DNA of 64,000 nucleotides from a virus (taxonomy: Duplodnaviria; Caudoviricetes), in the IMG/VR virus record IMGVR_UViG_3300043409_003130, positions 18,526 through 82,525 of that record; one strand, given 5' to 3'. Both the position numbers and the translations under genes were made by a program. Position 1 is the first letter of the stretch, and each line of letters opens with the position of its first letter. Below the pieces are notes generated by a model. It had not been told where the DNA came from and made no database searches. It saw only the letters and a program-made list of their open reading frames with translations. Positions 57,231 to 64,000 of this stretch are shown piece after piece.

Positions 57231-59099
57231 ATGGGAAAAATAATAGGAATAGACTTGGGAACAACTAATAGTTGTGTTTCAGTCATGGAAGGTAATGAAC
57301 CTGTGGTTATTGCAAATAATGAAGGAAAACGGACCACACCTTCAATTGTTGCCTTTATCGAAGGCGGCGAACGTAAAGTTGGAGATCCAGCAAAACGACA
57401 GTCAATCACTAATCCTAAAAAAACAGTTTATTCAATTAAACGTTTTATGGGTCACACGTACGCTGAGATTGTAAAGGAAATTGCAAAAGTTCCTTATCTA
57501 ATAGTAAAAGGCGAAAACAATAGCCCACGTGTAGAAATTGACGATAGAAAATATACTGCTCAAGAAATTTCGGCTATCATTTTACAAAAAATGAAAAAAA
57601 CAGCCGAAGAATATTTAGGAACCGAAGTAACTGAAGCGGTTATTACTGTTCCTGCTTACTTTAATGATGCTCAACGCCAGGCAACCAAAGAGGCCGGCGA
57701 AATTGCAGGTTTAACGGTAAAGCGAATTATCAATGAGCCAACTGCTGCCGCTCTTGCCTATGGTATGGATAAAAAAGGCAAGGAGATGAAAATTGTTGTG
57801 TTTGATTGCGGAGGCGGTACACATGACGTTTCTGTTCTTGAACTGGGTGATGGAGTATTTGAGGTTAAAAGTACCGATGGAGATACTCACCTAGGTGGAG
57901 ATGATTTTGATCAGGTAATTATTGACTGGTTAGCCGATGAATTTAAAAAAGAAGAAGGTTTAGATTTACGTCACGACCCAATGTCTCTGCAACGATTAAA
58001 AGAAGGAGCTGAAAAGGCAAAAGTTGAATTATCTAGTTCAACCAGTACCGAAATTAATTTACCGTATATAATGCCGGTAAATGGAATACCTAAACACCTA
58101 GTTAAAACACTTACTCGTGCTAAATTTGAACAGTTATCAGATAGTTTGATTAAGCGTACAATTAAACCATGTAAATCTGCTCTAAAAAATGCAGGTTTAT
58201 CAACGGCTGATATTGATGAAATTATCCTGGTTGGTGGATCAACCCGAATTCCAGCTATTCAAGCAGCAGTTGAAAAATTCTTTGGTAAAGCCCCAAATAG
58301 AAGCGTAAATCCGGATGAAGTGGTTGCACTAGGCGCCGCAATTCAAGGAGGAGTTTTATCTGGAGATGTAAAGGACGTATTATTATTGGACGTTACTCCA
58401 TTATCATTAGGTATTGAAACCGTTGGTGGAGTATTTACAAAATTAATAGAGTCAAATACAACTATTCCAACTAAAAAATCGCAAGATTTTAGTACAGCGG
58501 CCGATAACCAGCCATCAGTTCAAATAGTTGTTTTTCAAGGTGAGAGACCAATGGCAAAAGATAATAGAAAGTTAGGTGAATTTAATTTAGATGGAATTCC
58601 GCCAGCGCAAAGAGGTGTACCTCAAGTTGAAGTTACTTTGGATATTGATGCAAATGGTATCTTAAATGTAAGTGCAAAAGATAAAGCAACCGGTAAATCA
58701 CATAATATTCGGATTGAGGCAAAAAGCGGTTTAAGCAAAGAAGAAATTGATCGCATGAAAAGAGAGGCTGAACTAAATGCCGACTCTGATAAAAAAGTAA
58801 AAGAAGAAGTTGAGAAATTAAATGAAGCTGATAGTATGGTTTTTCAAACCGAAAAACAATTAAATGAATATGGAGATAAAATACCTGCCGAGAAAAAGAC
58901 AGGTATTGAAACCGCTTTAACTGAGTTAAAGGAGGCTTATTCAGCTAAAGACCTTTCAAAAATTGACTCTGCTCTAGCTGCAATAAATGCAGCCTGGACA
59001 GCAGCCAGTGAAGATATGTATAAAGCCAATCAGGCCGAACCTACTTCGCCTACTGCTGATGAGCCAGTTGCAGATGCCGATTTTGAAGAGGTAAAATAA
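57231..59099 (+). CDS. dnaK: Hsp70 chaperone DnaK
   Basis: [50 protein letters not shown]-terminal DADFEEVK. Confidence 0.98.
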   Translation: MGKIIGIDLGTTNSCVSVMEGNEPVVIANNEGKRTTPSIVAFIEGGERKVGDPAKRQSITNPKKTVYSIKRFMGHTYAEIVKEIAKVPYLIVKGENNSPRVEIDDRKYTAQEISAIILQKMKKTAEEYLGTEVTEAVITVPAYFNDAQRQATKEAGEIAGLTVKRIINEPTAAALAYGMDKKGKEMKIVVFDCGGGTHDVSVLELGDGVFEVKSTDGDTHLGGDDFDQVIIDWLADEFKKEEGLDLRHDPMSLQRLKEGAEKAKVELSSSTSTEINLPYIMPVNGIPKHLVKTLTRAKFEQLSDSLIKRTIKPCKSALKNAGLSTADIDEIILVGGSTRIPAIQAAVEKFFGKAPNRSVNPDEVVALGAAIQGGVLSGDVKDVLLLDVTPLSLGIETVGGVFTKLIESNTTIPTKKSQDFSTAADNQPSVQIVVFQGERPMAKDNRKLGEFNLDGIPPAQRGVPQVEVTLDIDANGILNVSAKDKATGKSHNIRIEAKSGLSKEEIDRMKREAELNADSDKKVKEEVEKLNEADSMVFQTEKQLNEYGDKIPAEKKTGIETALTELKEAYSAKDLSKIDSALAAINAAWTAASEDMYKANQAEPTSPTADEPVADADFEEVK

Positions 59100-59118
59100 T
59101 ATAACTTTTTTAGTAATT

Positions 59119-59152
59119 AAAAATGAGCTAACTCAAATTAGCTCATTTTTTT
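59119..59152 (+). terminator. Intrinsic terminator after dnaK
   Basis: AAAAATGAGCTAA-CTCAAA-TTAGCTCATTTTTTT. Confidence 0.85.
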
Positions 59153-59166
59153 GGTATAATAATACT

Positions 59167-60186
59167 ATGAGGAATAGCCTAATTAAAATATTTTATAACG
59201 AAAAACAGGTTTTAGAAAATAATTACAGTTTAAATTTTAGTAAGAGTCCGCTAAAACCAAAATTATTAATTGAATATCTTAGAGTCAATAATTTATTAAG
59301 TAACTTTTCAATAACTAAAAATTTTAATATATTTGGTAATGCTGATTTTAAATTAGCTCATACTGATAATTATGTTGATAATTTTTTTAGTGGAGGATAC
59401 TTATCTAGATCAAACGGCTTAGAATGGAGTCCGCAATTTGCTAACTCAGTTAGATACACAAATGCCTCTCTATATTCAGCTATAAAAAATTCAATAATGG
59501 AACCTGAAACAGTTAGTTTTAGTCCAACCAGCGGGTTTCACCATGCTAGACCAACTGGCGGTAGTGGATTTTGTACATTTAGTGGACAGGTAATTGCATC
59601 AGTTAAAATATGGAGAGAATTTAATAAAAGAGGTTGTTATTTAGACCTAGATGGCCACTTCGGTAATTCAATAGAGGACAGTCGGGAATTTCAGCCTGAG
59701 ATAAATGAGGCTATACCAGAGAATTTTAATTTTAATCCAACTGGAATTGACTATTCATATTATGAAAATTTAGTAGACTTTATTAAAAATACATTGGAAC
59801 CAGCTATTTTATCGGGTAAAATTAGCTATGTAGTTTGGTGTCATGGTGCAGATTCGCATTGTGACGATGAATTAGGCCATCAGTGTAGTACTGAGTATTG
59901 GACTAAATGTGCTGACTTTTTTTGGGCTTGGGTAAAAGTAATGGACGAAAAGTTAGGACGACCACTACCAGTTTCATGTGCCCTATTTGGTGGATACCGA
60001 TCCGATGACTATACAACAGTCTTAAGTTTACATACTTATGATTTAGTTGCATGTATTAATCGGCTGCTTGGAATTAATATTGACTATACGCTTGAGGTTA
60101 AACCTAGAAAAAATAAAAATTCACATGTACACTATTCACGAAAAAGAAAAAGAAGACTTAAATTTAGAACTTATACTCAAGTATAG
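59167..60186 (+). CDS. Zn-dependent HDAC-family deacetylase
   Basis: SGFHHA, GFC, LDLDGHFGN, GADSH..D, GGY. Confidence 0.88.
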   Translation: MRNSLIKIFYNEKQVLENNYSLNFSKSPLKPKLLIEYLRVNNLLSNFSITKNFNIFGNADFKLAHTDNYVDNFFSGGYLSRSNGLEWSPQFANSVRYTNASLYSAIKNSIMEPETVSFSPTSGFHHARPTGGSGFCTFSGQVIASVKIWREFNKRGCYLDLDGHFGNSIEDSREFQPEINEAIPENFNFNPTGIDYSYYENLVDFIKNTLEPAILSGKISYVVWCHGADSHCDDELGHQCSTEYWTKCADFFWAWVKVMDEKLGRPLPVSCALFGGYRSDDYTTVLSLHTYDLVACINRLLGINIDYTLEVKPRKNKNSHVHYSRKRKRRLKFRTYTQV

Positions 60187-60322
60187 AGATTTACTAAATA
60201 ATGGCACGTCTTCTAAATATTGGGTTGATATTTTACCAATAATTAAAGAATTTCAAAAATTAGAAAAGTATGAGTATTGTCAAGTACTATGGTCTTATTA
60301 CACTAAGTCCATTACTGGTTAA
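60125..60322 (+). CDS. Small protein with UVR-like motif
   Basis: ATG at 60125; IKEFQKLEKYEYCQVL. Confidence 0.5.
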   Translation: MYTIHEKEKEDLNLELILKYRDLLNNGTSSKYWVDILPIIKEFQKLEKYEYCQVLWSYYTKSITG

Positions 60323-60323
60323 C

Positions 60324-60668
60324 TTATGATAAGTTATACTTTTTCATTTTAGATGCACGGCGACGCGTTAAGTCTCTAAACAGGTCCCTAACATCAGGTT
60401 GACCAAGAGCTCCAGTTTGAACCAGTGTATAAAATTCAGCATCCGAATTCTGCATCATAATAAACCATTGTGCTAAATTCGGTTTCTTTTCAAATTCATC
60501 ATGTTGAATCTGCAGTCTACGAAATCTAGGAAATAGTTCGTATTCATAGCGTTCATCTTTAAAGAGTCGATTAATACCTAATTCACTTAATTTACGAAGA
60601 GGTCTATCACTGGCCACACTTGGCTGAATCTGGGTATTCCAATTTTCAAATAGAGTAATATGTTTCAT
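60324..60668 (-). CDS. Tagged small hypothetical protein
   Basis: MKHITLFENW; TATAAATA at 60678-60685. Confidence 0.65.
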   Translation of the reverse strand: MKHITLFENWNTQIQPSVASDRPLRKLSELGINRLFKDERYEYELFPRFRRLQIQHDEFEKKPNLAQWFIMMQNSDAEFYTLVQTGALGQPDVRDLFRDLTRRRASKMKKYNLS

Positions 60669-60722
60669 ATTCTAAATTATTTATAAAAGTTCTTGGATAA
60701 ATAAATAAAAAGTCAAGTTAAA

Positions 60723-61157
60723 ATGATTTATAAATATTCCGAATGGATTAAAGAATCTGAAACAGTTGAGGCTCCACCAGTAATGGACACAGCCGCTCAG
60801 CCTGCTGTACCTGCTGTATCTAGCGATTCTATGGAATCTGAACCACCAGCTGCTGATCTTGAAACATTTGATGAAACTACTGAAATCGGTAAATTTCAAA
60901 AATTAGATCAGGATCGTAAAACTGCAGTAAAGGCATTTAAAGATAAACAAAAAGAATTTTTGGCAATTGCGGTTGAAACTCGTAAGTCTCCAGTAACTGA
61001 TGAAGACAAAGAAAAGGTTAAAACCCTTAAAGACTCTCTTATTATATTAAATAAAACAATGAAAGATGCTGAGGCTGCTTTTAATAAATTTAATGATGAA
61101 GCCCTAGGATTAGGAGTTGAAATTCCTGGAATAGAGGCTGAGGATATTGAGCCATAA
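60723..61157 (+). CDS. Tagged acidic coiled-coil probable internal head protein
   Basis: MIYKYSEWIKE|S; GATAAATA at 60696. Confidence 0.65.
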   Translation: MIYKYSEWIKESETVEAPPVMDTAAQPAVPAVSSDSMESEPPAADLETFDETTEIGKFQKLDQDRKTAVKAFKDKQKEFLAIAVETRKSPVTDEDKEKVKTLKDSLIILNKTMKDAEAAFNKFNDEALGLGVEIPGIEAEDIEP

Positions 61158-61185
61158 TATAAAATTAAAAAAAAATAAAAATAAA

Positions 61186-61866
61186 ATGAAAAATTTAGTA
61201 AAAAGATTTGGTCAATTCGTAAATGAAGGTCACCATGATTCTATGTTTAGTCCAAATGCTGGAGATAATAATATGTTACCTAATAGAAACCGTTATGATC
61301 GCTATGAAGAAGAAGAAGGTGGATATGATGACGAAGGTAATTATATAAAAGATAAAATGTCAGGTGCTGAGTCGGAACCATGTGAAGATGGATGTAGAGA
61401 GTTTGATGAACGTGGTAAATGCATAGTATGTAATAATTCTGAGGATTCTGATTATTATGATGAAGATAATATAGACCCTCAACATGAAATAAATAAGACC
61501 TTATATGGTCAAGCAGATGCCTATCAACGGTCTAAAATTGATCGTCAAATCGACAGACATAATATGGGTAAAATGGATAATATGTCAGAAGAAGAATTAT
61601 ATGAAGCTAAGAAGCAGGAAAAAATTGAGGCACTTGATGCAATTGACAAGAAATTTGCAAAAATGAAACCAGCAAAGAAGTCTATGCCAATGAAGCCAAT
61701 GACAAAGAAGAACATGGAAATGGAAGAAGAAGAAGAGGAAGAAGAGTCGTCAATGAAGCCTAAAATGTTATTTGGTAAGCCAGTTAAATCTGCAAAGCCT
61801 GAAACTAAAACTAATAAAATGCCACTAAAAGGCGGAAAACCTGCATTTTTATTCGGTAAAAAGTAA
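61186..61866 (+). CDS. Tagged, highly charged (acidic and Lys/Met/Pro-rich) probable internal head protein
   Basis: Likely start is ATG 61186 (MKNLVKRFGQFVNE|G); poly-Glu and KPM-rich tail ending PAFLFGKK. Confidence 0.65.
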   Translation: MKNLVKRFGQFVNEGHHDSMFSPNAGDNNMLPNRNRYDRYEEEEGGYDDEGNYIKDKMSGAESEPCEDGCREFDERGKCIVCNNSEDSDYYDEDNIDPQHEINKTLYGQADAYQRSKIDRQIDRHNMGKMDNMSEEELYEAKKQEKIEALDAIDKKFAKMKPAKKSMPMKPMTKKNMEMEEEEEEEESSMKPKMLFGKPVKSAKPETKTNKMPLKGGKPAFLFGKK

Positions 61867-61888
61867 AATACAATCCTTTTAAAATATC

Positions 61889-61925
61889 AAATGGGTCAAT
61901 ATCTAAAAAATACTGACCCATTTTT
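61889..61925. terminator. Putative terminator between convergent genes
   Basis: AAATGGGTCA...TGACCCATTTTT. Confidence 0.6.
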
Positions 61926-61948
61926 AATTAGGGGAGTTTAGTTTTCTA

Positions 61949-62593
61949 CTATTTAAATTTAATACGGGTAATTGTTTCGATTTTTGAAAGCGGAGTTAAT
62001 TTACTCTCTAGGTCTTTAGGTTGAACTTTAGTATTTTCAAAAAGATAAGCTTCCCAAACCTTGGTTTTTTTAATAAAAATCACTTTCCAGCAATGAGTTG
62101 GAATTGTAACTGTTCCAATTTTACCAGCACTACCTAACGATCCACACCAAACTTTAACTGAGTCAAATTGGGTAGCAAGTTCGCGAGTTCTAGACTCTAG
62201 CGTTTTCCAGATACCAGCATTTAGTGAATGGTATTGCGGTGACATATTTGAAAAATAAAAACACTCTTTTTGTAATTCAGAACTACACTGATTATCAGCA
62301 GCTGGACACATATGACCTCGGTCAAATCCAGAACCTTTATAGTCGTCCATTAGGTCGGTTTCGGCAGCCAGTAATGGATCCGGCGCAAATGCATCTTTTC
62401 TAGGAACCTTTGACTCTGGGCAAACAAGTCGGGCTCGGGTATCCCACCATTCAATATTAACCGAATAGCGTAGATCGGTATTATAGTATGCAATATAACC
62501 CGTATGAGTTAATTTAACAATTGGGTCCTTTTTAAAAGATCCAAAAAGTAGGGTAATTATGACTAACCCTATAATTTTTTTAAATAGTTGCAT
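61949..62593 (-). CDS. Secreted DNA/RNA non-specific endonuclease (NucA/EndoG family)
   Basis: DRGHMCPA, NMSPQ..LNAGIW..LE; hydrophobic N-terminal leader. Confidence 0.92.
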   Translation of the reverse strand: MQLFKKIIGLVIITLLFGSFKKDPIVKLTHTGYIAYYNTDLRYSVNIEWWDTRARLVCPESKVPRKDAFAPDPLLAAETDLMDDYKGSGFDRGHMCPAADNQCSSELQKECFYFSNMSPQYHSLNAGIWKTLESRTRELATQFDSVKVWCGSLGSAGKIGTVTIPTHCWKVIFIKKTKVWEAYLFENTKVQPKDLESKLTPLSKIETITRIKFK

Positions 62594-62655
62594 TGGTTAT
62601 ATTTTATTATTATTTATTTATGGTATAATATAATTAATAATCTAAACCTGGTCAT

Positions 62656-63015
62656 ATGAAAAACTTAATTTTAGCAATTACACTCTTAGCTTCAGCAAAT
62701 ATTTTTGCTCAAACAAACCAACGAGAAGCCGCCGAAGCCTTTTTAAAATCTCATCAGCTTGCATTTAATCAATTACAGGAACCAGTTTATTGCTCAAATC
62801 CAGATAGCTTAATTAAAATTTTAAATAGTCAAAACGTAAATTATATAATTAGTGAATATGAATTCATTGGCTCAGTAATTGCTGAACCTAATTTTGGAGG
62901 AGTAAGCGGAAAATCTGTAACCAACAATAAAGCTAAAGCATTTATTGCATATCAAATAGTTGAGAGAGAGTTTAGAACTTATATCATTGAAATAACTGGA
63001 CATAATTTCTTTTAA
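62656..63015 (+). CDS. Secreted hypothetical protein
   Basis: Signal peptide MKNLILAITLLASANIFA|Q. Confidence 0.7.
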   Translation: MKNLILAITLLASANIFAQTNQREAAEAFLKSHQLAFNQLQEPVYCSNPDSLIKILNSQNVNYIISEYEFIGSVIAEPNFGGVSGKSVTNNKAKAFIAYQIVEREFRTYIIEITGHNFF

Positions 63016-63087
63016 TTACTTTGTATATCACACTATAAATACAAAGGGCTCCATTAGGAACCTGTGTTGTTACTATAGAGTTGAGAA

Positions 63088-63999
63088 TTAATTACTGAAG
63101 TCCCCTTCTCCTTGTTGTATATTTGCTTGACCGGTCTGTGCCGGTGGTATATTTGACTGGACTTGTGTATGGAGTCTTTGAGCGTCGACTAACCACTTGG
63201 CTACGTCTGAGGCTGCTAGCTGGTCCCTCATCATGTTAGCATAATCTGTGAATACGGCTTGAGTCTCTTGGCCCCAACCTGCTGGCATTTGACTTGGTGC
63301 AATAGCGGTTGCAATATCAATCATTACAGCCTTAGCTAAAGTAATCCCCTTTGTAGAAAGAGTTCGAGGTTTAGCGCCTGACCCTGATAAAATACCAGTA
63401 TTTCCAGTAATTAATGTTTTTAAGTTTGCCATGTTAACCACAGGTGTTTCATTTGCCAGCAGGTTTTTGCGTATTAAGCTTTTAGAACACACGGTTGCTC
63501 TATTTGAAAAATACTTTTCCGGACCCTGGCTTTGAATGGAGGTAAGTATGGGATAATTAGCGTCGCCGTTGGGTATTTTATCAGCTGCCCCGTGTGCATT
63601 TAAGATTGTGATCGCAAGTTCTGATGCAAGGCCGTTTGACCATGCTTTTAGAGAACCGATAGTTGCATAATAAAAACTAAATCCACGAGAAGATGCATCA
63701 GTTGGATTACCACCCATTGTTAATTTAATTGCATAGTTTTTAGAATTTATAATTCCACCGTTTTTCATTAGGGATAAAAATGCCGCCCCTAATCTCAGCA
63801 AGCATGCAAAACCGTTATTAGATGCAGTTATGCTAAGTGGTTTACCCTCCGGAAAATCCGCTTTAGTTAGAGTGATTGACCCAGTATCAGTAATAGTCTT
63901 ACCGTTTATTGTTAATATATCTTTGCCTACTGGTACTGGAGTGCCTGGTCCAGTTGGTGATATTGTACCGTTAAATTTACCTTCAGTTGAAATATTGCT
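63088..63999 (-). CDS. Hypothetical protein, 5' end outside the window
   Basis: The frame stays open from 63801 to the window edge (SNISTEGKFNGTISPTGPG...FACLLRLG). Confidence 0.7.
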   Translation of the reverse strand, partial: SNISTEGKFNGTISPTGPGTPVPVGKDILTINGKTITDTGSITLTKADFPEGKPLSITASNNGFACLLRLGAAFLSLMKNGGIINSKNYAIKLTMGGNPTDASSRGFSFYYATIGSLKAWSNGLASELAITILNAHGAADKIPNGDANYPILTSIQSQGPEKYFSNRATVCSKSLIRKNLLANETPVVNMANLKTLITGNTGILSGSGAKPRTLSTKGITLAKAVMIDIATAIAPSQMPAGWGQETQAVFTDYANMMRDQLAASDVAKWLVDAQRLHTQVQSNIPPAQTGQANIQQGEGDFSN

Positions 64000-64000
64000 A

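Noticed and set aside
57231-59099. Bacterial chromosome contamination at dnaK
   Set aside because: No grpE/dnaJ context; flanked by phage-type genes of similar composition.
61147-61185. TTG-start N-terminal extension of the 61147 ORF
   Set aside because: It is the A-rich leader; ATG 61186 gives the shared tag at the N-terminus.
9876-62593. Stop-codon reassignment as in some Bacteroidota jumbo phages
   Set aside because: Genes are full length in code 11, and TAG/TGA end proteins at natural termini (e.g. DDDLPF-TAG at 46237, ATGA overlaps).

Overview
A 64-kb AT-rich segment of a large T4-like (myovirus, probably jumbo) phage genome, read in standard code 11. The likely host is Bacteroidota (DUF3127- and DUF4494-like genes, Bacteroidota-like DnaK, no obvious Shine-Dalgarno sites). 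Family calls rest on motifs recognised by eye; no database search was run. Contents: (i) the 3' part of a giant fibre gene with 869 Gly-X-Y (mostly Gly-X-Ser) triplets, two genes upstream of a GT4 + Aah/TibC-type (BAHT) Ser O-heptosyltransferase fusion; (ii) tail, baseplate and packaging genes (gp3-, gp15-, gp6-, gp26/gp51-like, TerS, TerL), PhoH, a sigma factor and a tmRNA with a 25-codon tag; (iii) an FkbM methyltransferase plus a T4 beta-glucosyltransferase-like gene; (iv) DNA metabolism and repair genes, DnaK, an HDAC-family deacetylase and a secreted nuclease. Main hypotheses: about 16 unrelated proteins share an N-terminal tag resembling the T4 capsid-targeting sequence (F-x-x-F...[ILV]-x-E) and often sit behind NATAAATA late promoters, suggesting a large capsid-packaged, injected enzyme cargo; a phage-encoded Ser O-glycosylation system for a collagen-like fibre; and a candidate -1 frameshift at an A9 run that would add a 98-aa SH3-like domain missing from the ORF track.
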